Of a stretch of 64,000 bases of DNA, positions 53,837-64,000 are shown piece after piece. The notes under the pieces were generated by a model. It ran no database searches and was not told the DNA's origin. It saw only the letters and a list, made by a program, of their open reading frames with translations. The DNA is taken from the NCBI GenBank assembly GCA_902762325.1, contig CACWNV010000020.1:23523-87522 (forward strand), written 5' to 3'. Each line of letters begins with the position of its first letter. Positions within the stretch are counted from its first letter, which is position 1. The DNA comes from an uncultured Prevotellaceae bacterium (GTDB taxonomy: Bacteria; Bacteroidota; Bacteroidia; Bacteroidales; Bacteroidaceae). The position numbers and the translations under genes are program-made.

Positions 53837-55219
53837 TTACCTCAGAATGAACTTCCTGCCGTCACGGATTATTATCTGGCTCTTTCTTGCTTCTTTTATC
53901 TGTCGGCCAGATAAATCGTATTTCTTATCTGACAGTTGGGATTCATCTGTTGTCACATGTTTGACACCTAACATTTCCTTGCATACCTCAGGGATATCCC
54001 GATAATATAGCGTATCACCGTTCAAGGTCACAGATGTCAGGAAACCATATTTCCCCATGATAGGGCATACTTCGAATAAGTCCTGGTAGGTAGAACCGAT
54101 GCCCTCTATCCATGTGACATCTTTATATCCCCAGTGCCATCCGTCACGGTCGCTGTCCCATTGAAAGACATGCACCTTGTAATCCTGGCCATGATGAACT
54201 TCACCCTCACGAATCTCCACTAATTTCAAGTGGTATCTATCATTGTCAACCGTGAAAGTATCGCCAACCTGATGGGAGAAGTCATATAACAGTTGGTGAA
54301 ACCATTGGTCGGTGGTGTTGTAAACATTATCGACCAGATACACTTTCCCTTCTTCCTCATATAGTCCACCCAAGAAACAAATGGGTTCGTAGGGCACGTG
54401 ATAGTCATAATGGTCGCCATATAGCTTCTTGCATTCCTTTCCACCCATGATGGTGTCTCCCTGAATGAAAAGGGAAAAGAAGTGCATATACGCTGGAGGT
54501 GCTGTCCTGAGGTAAGTCCACACCTTCCCGTCTTCTACAAACTTCACCCGCTCCCCCTCTTTTGCGAGTGCCTGCAGTGCCTCGAAATCCTCAGAGCTGA
54601 AAAGCGTCTGTCCGTTCTCTGCATAGCCGACGAAGTCAACACGACCTCCCGTCTTCCCCTGACTGACAGGATTGAACGGATTCGGACCGCCAATACCCTC
54701 TACCCACGGCTCATCGAAATAACTGCCGTTAGACACCCATGTCCTGACAATCATTACCTTGCGGTAACAACCGGCGAGAAACAGCGTATCGACGGACTGC
54801 ACCTTTACGGTTGTTCCGTTTACCTTTCCCTCACTTCCCGCTACAAGGCTGATGTCGTATAGCAGTGCCACACTGTTGTTGGAGGAGGACACCATATATA
54901 CTTTCCCGTCTTCTTCATAGAGTGCACCCCTATAGAAACCCACCTCATGTTGAGGATAAATGGCTGACGGGAAGTTCTCCTGATCAGTGGTCATATACAG
55001 CTTCATGCATTTCTTGTCATTCAGCAGGGTGTCACCTGACAGGAAGTAGTGGTCATTGTAATAGAACGAGTTCTCATATACCCAACGGTGTATGTCCCAT
55101 GATTTCCCCTCTGAAACAAAAGGAAGAGATGTATAAGATTCGAATGAGCGGTAAGGCTCCTGAGCTTCAGCTATCTGTAATCCCAGCGTCAAAAACAAGA
55201 AAGTAAATAAATGTCTCAT
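53837..55219 (-). CDS. Secreted protein with an internal domain duplication and a short T9SS-CTD-like tail
   Basis: Signal peptide ...LQIAEAQ; two homologous halves (GALYEEDGKVYMV...LLYDIS...WVEGIGG / GGLYEEEGKVYLV...LLYDFS...WIEGIGS); tail KKYDLSGRQIK...IIIRDGRKFILR. Confidence 0.6.
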   Translation of the reverse strand: MRHLFTFLFLTLGLQIAEAQEPYRSFESYTSLPFVSEGKSWDIHRWVYENSFYYNDHYFLSGDTLLNDKKCMKLYMTTDQENFPSAIYPQHEVGFYRGALYEEDGKVYMVSSSNNSVALLYDISLVAGSEGKVNGTTVKVQSVDTLFLAGCYRKVMIVRTWVSNGSYFDEPWVEGIGGPNPFNPVSQGKTGGRVDFVGYAENGQTLFSSEDFEALQALAKEGERVKFVEDGKVWTYLRTAPPAYMHFFSLFIQGDTIMGGKECKKLYGDHYDYHVPYEPICFLGGLYEEEGKVYLVDNVYNTTDQWFHQLLYDFSHQVGDTFTVDNDRYHLKLVEIREGEVHHGQDYKVHVFQWDSDRDGWHWGYKDVTWIEGIGSTYQDLFEVCPIMGKYGFLTSVTLNGDTLYYRDIPEVCKEMLGVKHVTTDESQLSDKKYDLSGRQIKEARKSQIIIRDGRKFILR

Positions 55220-55453
55220 GATATCAATAGTTTTATTATTTAGGGTTACAAAGAAATACTTTATTCATCAGTAGAAACATTCTTATCATAATTTCATTGC
55301 AAATATAGTTGTTTATTTTTTACCAGCCAAATTTCAGACAAGATTGAACAGAGAACTATAGATAAAACAAGAATACTATCAACAATCGATGTTTCATATT
55401 GCAAAAATACAAAATAAATAACACGAATCTTCAAGTTATCAAAGATAATTTGT

Positions 55454-55461
55454 TAACTTTG
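55454..55461 (+). promoter_or_regulatory. -7 box TAacTTTG upstream of the GH95 gene
   Basis: TAACTTTGCC, 53 nt before the ATG. Confidence 0.4.
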
Positions 55462-55514
55462 CCAATGTTTATTGACTACTAACGGATAAAAAACAAAAGT
55501 AAAAGACTGAGGAT

Positions 55515-57935
55515 ATGAAATTCAAAAGAACAATTATCGTACTGGTAACAATCTGCATCTGCCTGACAACGGATGCCCAACAGCAACCAATGAAACTATG
55601 GTATGACCGTCCTGCTGAATTCTTCGAGGAGTCGCTTCCCATCGGCAACGGGAAAATCGGTGCTTTGATCTACGGCAATCCTGATGACAACATCCTCTAT
55701 CTGAATGACATCACACTGTGGACCGGCAAGCCATACGACAGGGCGATGGATGCCGACGCTCACTTCTGGATCTCAGACATCCGAAGAGCCTTAGCCGAAG
55801 AAGACTATGCTAAAGCCGATTCGCTGCAACTGCATGTGCAAGGTCCGAACTCACAGTTCTATCAGCCTTTGGCTACGCTCCACATCAAGAACAAGAACGA
55901 GGGAGCCATTGCCGGGTATTACCGCGAACTGGATATTGACAGTGCCCTTTGCCATGACCGTTACACACAGGACGGCATCACCTATACACGTGAATACTTC
56001 GCCAACAATCCCGATAAGGTGATTGCCATCCGCATAAAGTCGTCTGTCCCTGCAAAAATCAACTGCGAGGTGATGCTGACCTCACAGGTGCCTCATGGCA
56101 TCAAGGTTTCCGACAACCAGCTGACACTGACCGGCCACGCCATCGGCGACCCGAAAGAGAGCATCCACTACTGTTCAATCCTCAGAGCCAACAGTAATGA
56201 CGGAACGATAACTGCCAGTGACAGTACGATTGTCGTCCGTGATGCCTCAGAACTGATACTCTACTTCGTCAACGAGACCAGCTTCAACGGTTTTGACAAG
56301 CATCCCGTGAAGGAAGGGGCTGCCTACATCGAGAATGCGATGGACGACGCCTGGCATCTCGTCAACTATTCATATCAGCAGCTGCGCGACAGACATGTGG
56401 CAGACTACCGGAAGTTCTATAGCCGGATGACGCTTGACCTGGAGGGAGCCGTCGCCGACATGAGCCGCACGACGGAACAGCAGCTGAAGGACTATACCGA
56501 CAAGGGAGGGAACAATCCCTATCTGGAAACACTCTACATGCAGTATGGACGCTATCTGCTCATCAGTTGCTCACGCACTCCGGGCGTTCCTGCCAACCTG
56601 CAAGGACTGTGGACTCCGCATAAGTTCTCACCTTGGCGCGGCAACTATACCGTGAACATCAACCTGGAAGAGAACTACTGGCCCGCAGAGGTGAGCAACC
56701 TGAGCGAGATGACCGAACCGCTTTGGGGATTCATGCAGGGACTGGCTGAAAACGGGAAATACACGGCAAAGAACTACTACGGCATCAATCACGGATGGTG
56801 TTCCAGCCACAACAGCGACATCTGGGCGATGACCAATCCCGTGGGCGAGAAGCGAGAGAGTCCGGAATGGAGCAACTGGAACATGGGCGGTGCCTGGCTC
56901 ACACAAAATCTGTGGGACCATTACCTGTTTACTCAGGACGGAGACTTTCTGAAGAAGACTGCCTTCCCACTGATGAAGGGCGCCACGGAGTTCATGCTCG
57001 ACTGGTTGATTGAAAACCCGAAGAATCCGACAGAGTTGATTACTTCGCCAAGTACTTCTCCAGAGAATGAATACAAGACCGACAGAGGCTACCACGGAAC
57101 GACCTGCTACGGCGGTACTGCCGACCTCGCCATCATCCGTGAACTGCTGACCAACACCTATTATTCCATCGGTGTGCAGCGTATCGGCGTTGCCAACACG
57201 GTGTGGGCAGCAACAAGTGAAATCGGCAAGGAACTGCCTCTCATGGAGAAGATCAAAACCACCCTGTCGTGCCTGCATCCCTACGTCATCGGACATCAGG
57301 GCGACCTGAACGAATGGTACTACGACTGGGACGACTGGGATCCCCATCACCGCCATCAGTCGCACCTCATCGGACTGTACCCCGGCCATCACCTCTCTGT
57401 TGACAAGACACCCGATATCGCTGAGGCATGTGTCAAGACACTGGAACAGAAAGGTGACAAGACCACAGGATGGAGCACAGGCTGGCGCATCAACCTGTGG
57501 GCACGCCTGCACCGACCCGACCAGGCGTATCATCTCTACCAGAAACTGCTCACATACGTTTCACCCGACAACTACAAAGGAGCTGACCGCCGTCACAGCG
57601 GGGGTACTTATCCCAACCTCTTCGATGCCCACCCGCCATTCCAGATTGACGGCAACTTCGGAGGAACAGCCGGTGTGTGCGAGATGCTGATGCAGAGCAC
57701 CGCCGTCTTCTTCCCAAAGACCATCTCACGCATCGAACTGCTTCCTGCCCTACCGGCAGCATGGCGTTCGGGGACTGTGAGCGGACTGAAGGCAAGAGGC
57801 GGATATACCGTAAGCTTCAGCTGGAAAGACGGAGTCGTGACCAGCTACAGCATCACGGGCGCTAAGAAGGAAAAGGTACAACTGAAAGTGAACGGGAAGA
57901 TTAAAACGGTCAATGTAAAAGTCGTTAAGCCATGA
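55515..57935 (+). CDS. Glycoside hydrolase family 95 (alpha-L-fucosidase type)
   Basis: 806 aa; signal peptide; N-terminal LWYDRPA..FEESLPIGNGKIGA and central NLQGLW...NINLEENYW blocks typical of GH95. Confidence 0.85.
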   Translation: MKFKRTIIVLVTICICLTTDAQQQPMKLWYDRPAEFFEESLPIGNGKIGALIYGNPDDNILYLNDITLWTGKPYDRAMDADAHFWISDIRRALAEEDYAKADSLQLHVQGPNSQFYQPLATLHIKNKNEGAIAGYYRELDIDSALCHDRYTQDGITYTREYFANNPDKVIAIRIKSSVPAKINCEVMLTSQVPHGIKVSDNQLTLTGHAIGDPKESIHYCSILRANSNDGTITASDSTIVVRDASELILYFVNETSFNGFDKHPVKEGAAYIENAMDDAWHLVNYSYQQLRDRHVADYRKFYSRMTLDLEGAVADMSRTTEQQLKDYTDKGGNNPYLETLYMQYGRYLLISCSRTPGVPANLQGLWTPHKFSPWRGNYTVNINLEENYWPAEVSNLSEMTEPLWGFMQGLAENGKYTAKNYYGINHGWCSSHNSDIWAMTNPVGEKRESPEWSNWNMGGAWLTQNLWDHYLFTQDGDFLKKTAFPLMKGATEFMLDWLIENPKNPTELITSPSTSPENEYKTDRGYHGTTCYGGTADLAIIRELLTNTYYSIGVQRIGVANTVWAATSEIGKELPLMEKIKTTLSCLHPYVIGHQGDLNEWYYDWDDWDPHHRHQSHLIGLYPGHHLSVDKTPDIAEACVKTLEQKGDKTTGWSTGWRINLWARLHRPDQAYHLYQKLLTYVSPDNYKGADRRHSGGTYPNLFDAHPPFQIDGNFGGTAGVCEMLMQSTAVFFPKTISRIELLPALPAAWRSGTVSGLKARGGYTVSFSWKDGVVTSYSITGAKKEKVQLKVNGKIKTVNVKVVKP

Positions 57936-58816
57936 AAGCAAGCTCAACCATTGAAGAAGTGACCATTGAATCATTGAAAGAGATGTCCAAAGGAGGGCAT
58001 ATTGACAATGATCTGATTCTCTTCGACGACATAGCTTCCGTCCCCTTTCCCTACGGTCCTCGACGCATGGGCTGTCTGCTCTTGGCTCTCTGTCTGAAAG
58101 GCAAGGCTCAGTATAGTGTCAACACAGAGAAACACGAGGTGGAACAGAATCACATCATCATCATCAACGAAGGACAGGTGACCGATGACTTCCTGCTCAG
58201 TCGTGACTGCAATGGCATCGCACTGCTGATCTCCACATCGTTCTTCAGAGAGATTATCAAGAATGTCCACGAACTGTCTTCCCTCCTTCTCTTCTCCCGT
58301 AATCATCCTGTCTGGAAACTCACTCCCAACGAGACGAAGACCATCGTGGAGTACTTCAGACTGTTGAAAGCGAAAGTGAATGACAAGGAGCATCATTTCA
58401 GGAAAGATACTGTCAGGCTGCTGCTTACCACCATGATCTACGACTTGAGCAATGCCATCTATAAAGCCCAGCAGACCACGAACGAGAAGAAACAGACACG
58501 AGCCGAGCATATCTTTACGGAGTTCATCCGCATGGTGGAACAGAACTTCCGCAACGAGCGGCGCGTGAGCTGGTACGGACAGCAGCTCTGTATCACACCC
58601 AAATACCTGTCGGAAGCCATCAAACAGGTCAGCCATCGCACACCGAACGAGTGGATAGACAATTACGTAACACTGGAAATCCGCGTGTTGCTGAAGAACT
58701 CAACAAAAAGTATCAAGGAGATAGCTCAGGAACTGCATTTCCCCAACCAGTCGTTTCTGGGGAAATACTTCAAGGAACATGTGGGCTGTAGTCCAAGCGA
58801 CTACCGCAAAAGCTGA
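57932..58816 (+). CDS. AraC family transcriptional regulator
   Basis: 294 aa; C-terminal HTH pair (YLSEAIKQVSHRTPNEWI...IAQELHFPNQSFLGKYFKEHVGCSPSDYR); ATGA overlap with the GH95 stop. Confidence 0.88.
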   Translation: MKASSTIEEVTIESLKEMSKGGHIDNDLILFDDIASVPFPYGPRRMGCLLLALCLKGKAQYSVNTEKHEVEQNHIIIINEGQVTDDFLLSRDCNGIALLISTSFFREIIKNVHELSSLLLFSRNHPVWKLTPNETKTIVEYFRLLKAKVNDKEHHFRKDTVRLLLTTMIYDLSNAIYKAQQTTNEKKQTRAEHIFTEFIRMVEQNFRNERRVSWYGQQLCITPKYLSEAIKQVSHRTPNEWIDNYVTLEIRVLLKNSTKSIKEIAQELHFPNQSFLGKYFKEHVGCSPSDYRKS

Positions 58817-59403
58817 CCAATCTCTTCGGCAAGGGCACACAGTTCATTGTACCATGCCCGTCCGAACCGCCGCACCAGCGGCTCTTCGAGGAACCGATAG
58901 ACCGGCATGCCGAGTTCCTTCCCTTTGACGACAGCATCCTTGCACACCGTCCATCTATTGTAATTCAGTCCTGTCATCCCGTTCCCGAACTTCTTCTCGC
59001 GAATGGGATACAAAGCGCATGAGATGGGTTTGATGAAGCGTGTCTTTCCCGCCCGGTAAGCCTTTTCTAACGCACAAAGGCAGTTGTCACCGTCATAGCA
59101 CGTGAAGACACAATCCTTGCCATTCACTATGCTTGTCACCATATCGCCCTCCTGGTCGATATACGCCACTCCCTGACGGTCGATAACAGCCTGGGCAGCA
59201 GCGGACAAGTCTTGCCAGACATCATCCACAGCCTCTTCTATCTGTGCCACTTCATCTGTCGTGACGGGTGCACCGGCGTCGCCCTCAATACAGCAGATGC
59301 CCTTGCACTTCTCGTAATCACAGCAGAAGTATTCGGTCAGAATATCGGGAGACAACAACACATCCCCCACTTGTAATATCGGAAGAACAGATTTATTACT
59401 CAT
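58801..59403 (-). CDS. DUF3109 family Cys-rich protein
   Basis: 200 aa; FCCDYEKCKGICCIEGDAGAP pattern that I recall for DUF3109. Confidence 0.6.
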   Translation of the reverse strand: MSNKSVLPILQVGDVLLSPDILTEYFCCDYEKCKGICCIEGDAGAPVTTDEVAQIEEAVDDVWQDLSAAAQAVIDRQGVAYIDQEGDMVTSIVNGKDCVFTCYDGDNCLCALEKAYRAGKTRFIKPISCALYPIREKKFGNGMTGLNYNRWTVCKDAVVKGKELGMPVYRFLEEPLVRRFGRAWYNELCALAEEIGQLLR

Positions 59404-59431
59404 TTTTCGTCCCTCTTCACTTTCTTATTTC

Positions 59432-60097
59432 TCACCATTGAATGGGTTCTATCCCATTCTGAAGCAGATACGCATTACAGCGTGAGAACTGATGCTGGCC
59501 GAACCATCCGCCACGGTTGGCAGACAAGGGAGAAGGATGCACCGATTCCAGCACGAGGTTGCGCGACTTGTCAATCATATAAGCCTTCCCCCTTGCAAAG
59601 CCTCCCCACAACATATAGACGATATGGTCACGCTGCGTGGCAAGCGCATGAATGGCTGCATCGGTGAATGTCTGCCATCCCAAAGAGGCATGGCTATTGG
59701 CAAGATGTGCCCTCACCGTGAGTGTGGCATTGAGCAGTAACACCCCCTGCTCCGCCCATCGGGTAAGGTTTCCCGACTGGGGAATCGGACTGCCCAAGTC
59801 ATCGTGTATCTCCTTGAAGATGTTCTGCAGAGAAGGCGGGAAAGGCACCCCGTCCTGCACCGAGAAGCTCAGTCCGTGAGCCTGCCCCGGCTCATGATAC
59901 GGGTCCTGGCCGATGATTACCACCTTCACCTTCTCAAAAGGACATAGATTGAAGGCATTGAAGATGAAACGGCCCGGGGGATAACAGGTAGTCTTCCCAT
60001 ATTCCTGCCGCACGCCATCGGTCAGCCGCTGGAAGTACGGCTTCTCGAATTCCTGCTGCAACTGCACCTTCCACGATTGCTCTATCTGTACATTCAT
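59432..60097 (-). CDS. ung: Uracil-DNA glycosylase (family 1)
   Basis: GQDPYHEPGQAHGLSFSV, LLLN, HPSPLSA. Confidence 0.93.
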   Translation of the reverse strand: MNVQIEQSWKVQLQQEFEKPYFQRLTDGVRQEYGKTTCYPPGRFIFNAFNLCPFEKVKVVIIGQDPYHEPGQAHGLSFSVQDGVPFPPSLQNIFKEIHDDLGSPIPQSGNLTRWAEQGVLLLNATLTVRAHLANSHASLGWQTFTDAAIHALATQRDHIVYMLWGGFARGKAYMIDKSRNLVLESVHPSPLSANRGGWFGQHQFSRCNAYLLQNGIEPIQW

Positions 60098-60222
60098 CGT
60101 TTCTCTGTTTTACTCTTCTGCCTCTGTCTGCAAAGTTATATTTTTTCAACGAGAAATCCGACTTTTTTATTTATTATCAGCACATTTTCACAATGAGAGT
60201 AAATAAGAAGGAGAAAAATTCG

Positions 60223-60230
60223 TATATTTG
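60223..60230 (+). promoter_or_regulatory. -7 box TAtaTTTG upstream of pepT
   Basis: TATATTTGCA, 41 nt before the ATG. Confidence 0.45.
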
Positions 60231-60271
60231 CATTCACGAATAACAAAAACAATTATCATATAACAAAAATC

Positions 60272-61495
60272 ATGGATATAACCGAACGATTTTTAAATTA
60301 CACCAAGTTTGACACGCAGTCAAGTGAAGAATCAGAAAGCGTACCGAGCACGTCAAAACAGCTCATCTTTGCCAATTATCTGAAGGAAGAGCTTGAAAGA
60401 GAAGGTCTGAGTGATGTGGAAATGGATGAAATGGGATACATCTATGCCACCCTGAAAGCAAATACAAAGAAGAAGACGCCGACCATCGGCTTTATCTCCC
60501 ACTATGACACAAGCCCCGACTGCAGCGGTGCAAACATCAAGGCACGCATCGTGCGCAACTATGACGGAGGCGACATTGAACTGAGCGAAGGAATCGTCTC
60601 GTCACCTTCAAAGTTCCCTGAGCTGAAGGCTCACGTCGGCGAAGACCTCATCGTGACCGACGGAACAACACTGCTGGGAGCAGACGACAAGGCAGGCATC
60701 GCAGAGATAGTGGAAGCCATGTGCTGGCTTCGCGACCATAACGAAGTCAAACACGGGGAAATTCGCGTGGCATTCAATCCCGACGAAGAGATTGGCATGG
60801 GTGCCCACCACTTCGATGTCGAGAAGTTCGGCTGTGAATGGGCATACACCATGGACGGCGGAGACCTGGGCGATCTGGAGTTTGAGAACTTCAACGCTGC
60901 CAGTGCCAAAATCAACATCAAGGGTGTCAGCGTACATCCGGGATATGCCAAAGGCAAGATGATCAATGCCAACCGACTGGCTGCTGAGTTTGCTGCCATG
61001 CTGCCCGCTGACGAGACCCCTGAAGAGACAGAGGGCTATGAGGGATTCTACCATCTGCTCGGCATCAACAGTAATATCGAGAAGGCTACTTTGTCGTACA
61101 TCATCCGTGACCACGACCGTGAGCGGTTTGAAGACCGCAAGGACTTCATCGAGGAATGTGTCAGGAAGATGCAGGAGAAATACGGTGAAGACATCATCAA
61201 GGTTGACATCAAGGATCAGTATTACAATATGAAAGAGAAGATTGATCCAAACATGCACGTCATAGACATCGTACTGAAGGCTATGCAGGAAAGCGGCGTT
61301 ACTCCGAAAGTGGAGCCTATCCGCGGCGGCACCGACGGTGCACAGCTCTCTTTCCGAGGTCTGCCCTGTCCGAACATCTTCGCAGGAGGAGTCAACTTCC
61401 ACGGTCCCTACGAGTTTGTTTCCATTCAAGTGATGGAAAAAGCTGTCGAAGTAATCACGAAGATCTGTGAAATCACAGAAGCCTATAACGATTAA
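60272..61495 (+). CDS. pepT: Peptidase T (tripeptide aminopeptidase, M20B)
   Basis: 407 aa; [35 protein letters not shown]. Confidence 0.9.
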   Translation: MDITERFLNYTKFDTQSSEESESVPSTSKQLIFANYLKEELEREGLSDVEMDEMGYIYATLKANTKKKTPTIGFISHYDTSPDCSGANIKARIVRNYDGGDIELSEGIVSSPSKFPELKAHVGEDLIVTDGTTLLGADDKAGIAEIVEAMCWLRDHNEVKHGEIRVAFNPDEEIGMGAHHFDVEKFGCEWAYTMDGGDLGDLEFENFNAASAKINIKGVSVHPGYAKGKMINANRLAAEFAAMLPADETPEETEGYEGFYHLLGINSNIEKATLSYIIRDHDRERFEDRKDFIEECVRKMQEKYGEDIIKVDIKDQYYNMKEKIDPNMHVIDIVLKAMQESGVTPKVEPIRGGTDGAQLSFRGLPCPNIFAGGVNFHGPYEFVSIQVMEKAVEVITKICEITEAYND

Positions 61496-61518
61496 AGAAC
61501 AAGCATAACAACGGAAAA

Positions 61519-63792
61519 ATGGCAGAAATACCTGCATTAGTACAAGACCTTGCACTGATTCTGGTAGTAGCAGGTGCAGTAACCTTATTATTCAAAAGGC
61601 TCAAACAGCCGTTGGTGCTGGGATATATTGTAGCCGGTTTTCTGGTATCTCCCCACATGCCCTATACCATGTCGGTCGTTGACGAGTCTGACATTCAGAC
61701 ATGGGCTGACATTGGGGTAATCTTCCTGCTTTTCTCTCTTGGTCTTGACTTCTCTTTCAAGAAAATCATCAAAATGGGCATGTCGCCCGTGATTGCTGCC
61801 CTGTCCATCATCTTCTCAATGATGACACTGGGAATCTGTACAGGGCATGCGTTCGGATGGAAGAACATGGACAGCATCTTCCTCGGCGGAATGTTGGCAA
61901 TGTCTTCTACGACAATCATTTATAAAGCCTTCGACGATCTGGGGCTACGACAGCAGCGCTTTGCCAGTCTGGTGATGAGCGTGCTCATCCTTGAGGACAT
62001 CCTCGCCATCGTGATGATGGTGATGCTATCAGCCATTGCCAGCGGCTCCAATCCTAATGGCGGGCAGATGGTGCAGAGCATATTTATGATTATGTTCTTC
62101 CTCATCCTGTGGTTCATTGTAGGTATCTTCCTCATCCCACTTTTCCTTCGTTCAACGCGAAGACTGATGAACAATGAAACCTTGCTCATCGTGGCATTAG
62201 GACTATGCTGCCTGATGGCTGTGGTCAGTACAGCCGTCGGATTCAGCAGTGCCTTCGGAGCGTTCGTCATGGGAAGCATCCTTGCTGAAACCATTGAAGC
62301 CGACAAGATTATCCGACTGGTTGAACCTGTAAAGAACCTGTTCGGTGCCATCTTCTTCGTGTCTGTCGGCATGCTGGTAGACCTGAACATTCTGATCGAC
62401 TATGCAGTTCCCATCATCCTGCTGGTACTTACCATCCTTTTCGGTCAGGCCATTCTGGGTTCCTTCGGCTTCTTGCTGAGTGGCCAGACATTGAGAACTG
62501 CCATGAGCTGCGGTTTCTCCATGGCACAAATCGGTGAGTTCGCATTCATCATCGCTTCTCTCGGCCTTTCATTAGGAGTCATCAGTGACTTCCTCTATCC
62601 TGTTGTCGTGGCTGTATCGGTCATCACAACCTTCCTGACTCCTTACATGATTCGTGCCTCCAAACCGTGTTATGAATATCTGGAAAAGAAACTGCCAAAG
62701 AAATGGCTTCGCCGGATAAACCGCTTTGAAAATACACAAAGTGGAACAATTGAAGAAGAAAACCTGTGGAAATCCCTTTTCAAGCAGGTGGCTCTCTATA
62801 CAATCGTCTACTCAATCTTGTCGTTTGCCGTCATTGCCCTTATGCTGACCTCCTTCATGCCTTTCATAGAAAGACTGATACCCAATGATGACATGAACTG
62901 GTTGGTAGAAGGAATAACGGGAATACTGACCATCATGCTGATCTCGCCTTTCCTCAGAGCAATGATCATGAAGAAAGCCCACAGCAAGGAGGTGAAGGCA
63001 CTCTGGACTCAGAACAGGATGAACCGTCTGCCTATCTTATTTACGATTCTGCTGAGAATCGGTATTGCAGCCGCCTTTGTCTTCTATATATGCAGCTATC
63101 TTACCCAGTTTACCAATGCCCTGATTATCACCATCGCACTGTTAGCCATTATCTTAATGATTATGTCAAGGTCGTTGAAAAGCCGGAGCATCAGACTGGA
63201 GCGTCTCTTCATACAGAATCTTCGTTCACGCGATATTGAAGCGCAAGTGCATGGCAAGCGGAAGCCGTTATTCGAAGGTCGTCTGCTGGACAGGGATATC
63301 CACATCTACGAGTTTGAAGTTCCCGACGACTCGCTATGGGCTGGTAAACAGTTGGGCGAGCTGCGCATAGGCAATCGCTTCGGGGTTCACGTGAGCAGCA
63401 TTCTCAGAGGTATCCAACGCATCAACATTCCCAATGGCAACAACGTCATCTTCCCAGGTGACAAGATACAGGTTATCGGCAATGACTCTCAGCTTCACAC
63501 GTTCGGAGAAGCCATCCGCAACGAACTGATGGCTGAAGACCCGGAAATCGAAAAGAGGGAGATGCACCTGAGAAAAATGACGCTGGGAGAAAACAGTATC
63601 TTCATCGGAAAGACACTACGCAACAGTGGCATCAGAGATGACTATAATTGCATGGTTGTAGGAGTGGAAGAAGGTCAGCAGAACCTGACACTTATCAACC
63701 CTGAACGGAAATTTGTGAAAGGCGATACCATCTGGATTGTAGGTGAAGAAGATGACATCCTTAGATTAAGAACAAAAAATGAAGAGCAATGA
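61519..63792 (+). CDS. CPA2-type cation:proton antiporter with an extra TM block and two C-terminal TrkA-C (RCK_C) domains
   Basis: 757 aa; Na+/H+ exchanger fold at the N-terminus (LGYIVAGFLVSP...), two repeats of the IxxGD.I.V.G pattern at the C-terminus. Confidence 0.8.
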   Translation: MAEIPALVQDLALILVVAGAVTLLFKRLKQPLVLGYIVAGFLVSPHMPYTMSVVDESDIQTWADIGVIFLLFSLGLDFSFKKIIKMGMSPVIAALSIIFSMMTLGICTGHAFGWKNMDSIFLGGMLAMSSTTIIYKAFDDLGLRQQRFASLVMSVLILEDILAIVMMVMLSAIASGSNPNGGQMVQSIFMIMFFLILWFIVGIFLIPLFLRSTRRLMNNETLLIVALGLCCLMAVVSTAVGFSSAFGAFVMGSILAETIEADKIIRLVEPVKNLFGAIFFVSVGMLVDLNILIDYAVPIILLVLTILFGQAILGSFGFLLSGQTLRTAMSCGFSMAQIGEFAFIIASLGLSLGVISDFLYPVVVAVSVITTFLTPYMIRASKPCYEYLEKKLPKKWLRRINRFENTQSGTIEEENLWKSLFKQVALYTIVYSILSFAVIALMLTSFMPFIERLIPNDDMNWLVEGITGILTIMLISPFLRAMIMKKAHSKEVKALWTQNRMNRLPILFTILLRIGIAAAFVFYICSYLTQFTNALIITIALLAIILMIMSRSLKSRSIRLERLFIQNLRSRDIEAQVHGKRKPLFEGRLLDRDIHIYEFEVPDDSLWAGKQLGELRIGNRFGVHVSSILRGIQRINIPNGNNVIFPGDKIQVIGNDSQLHTFGEAIRNELMAEDPEIEKREMHLRKMTLGENSIFIGKTLRNSGIRDDYNCMVVGVEEGQQNLTLINPERKFVKGDTIWIVGEEDDILRLRTKNEEQ

Positions 63793-63813
63793 TCACACTG
63801 CTCTTCATTTTTC
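63781..63813 (+). terminator. Terminator overlapping the antiporter stop codon
   Basis: GAAGAGC / GCTCTTC stem followed by ATTTTTC. Confidence 0.55.
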
Positions 63814-63834
63814 TATTATAAAAACCACAAAAGT

Positions 63835-64000
63835 TTAGTCCTGAATCAGGTTCTCACCTGTCATGTCCTTCGGCTGCTCAAGTCCCATGATGTGAAGAAT
63901 AGAAGGAGCCACATCAGCCAGACGTCCGTCTTTCACTGTAGCCGAGTTATTGTCAGTAACATAGATGAACGGAACAGGATTCAAGGAGTGAGCCGTATTA
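63835..64000 (-). CDS. gpmI: 2,3-bisphosphoglycerate-independent phosphoglycerate mutase, C-terminal fragment (5' part beyond the window)
   Basis: Own translation of the minus strand: ...[54 protein letters not shown]. This matches the iPGM C-terminus. Confidence 0.8.
   Translation of the reverse strand, partial: NTAHSLNPVPFIYVTDNNSATVKDGRLADVAPSILHIMGLEQPKDMTGENLIQD

Noticed and set aside
56628-57533. 301-aa ORF antisense to the GH95 gene (similarly 60608..61555 antisense to pepT and 57971..58636 antisense to the AraC gene)
   Set aside because: The sense-strand genes have strong family motifs along their full length. The antisense ORFs are typical shadow frames of moderately GC-rich coding DNA.

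Overview
Bacteroidota chromosomal segment, Prevotella-like judging by gene content and by recurrent TAnnTTTG -7 promoter boxes directly upstream of genes. It holds about 55 protein genes and 3 tRNAs. I found no rRNA, CRISPR array, transposase or integrase. Most of the window is housekeeping. From the left: lpxH, a DUF59/SufT-like gene, cdaA, folP, murF, divergent tRNA-Phe and tRNA-Pro, an SLC13 permease, two tandem Na+-dependent (NSS) transporters, prfB and an acyl-CoA ligase. Then come a dut/TPR/DUF4292/M23-peptidase envelope operon, dgt, and a glycine-lipid acyltransferase pair. A complete dcw cluster runs from mraZ to ftsZ (32.7-48.6 kb), with a textbook triple GTGGG MraZ operator. The right side carries recO, tRNA-Glu plus rpsT, gyrB, a GH95 fucosidase with an AraC regulator, ung, pepT, a CPA2 antiporter and the gpmI 3' end. 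Three things do not look ordinary. (1) A ~400-bp non-coding element occurs three times in the same orientation (6277-6680, 32021-32425, 53361-53765). It contains six tandem ~22-bp iteron-like units, a long hairpin kept complementary by compensatory substitutions between copies 2 and 3, and a copy-number-variable heptamer tract. (2) A ~420-bp nested inverted-repeat complex lies just left of copy 3 (52879-53300). It has ~70-bp arms and a hairpin-containing 20-nt core motif (in ~33-45-nt units) present twice on the left and three times, inverted, on the right. (3) An AT-rich islet follows tRNA-Pro (about 4.6-6.3 kb; a divergent accessory gene pair of normal GC follows it, up to 8.5 kb). It carries orphan lipoprotein and small-protein genes behind a palindromic operator. 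Next to it is a divergent pair: a sigma-70 region-4-like HTH fused to a truncated-looking SLOG/LOG-like domain, and a small cytoplasmic vWA/MIDAS protein. All homology calls come from reading the translations and from memory of protein families. No searches were run.
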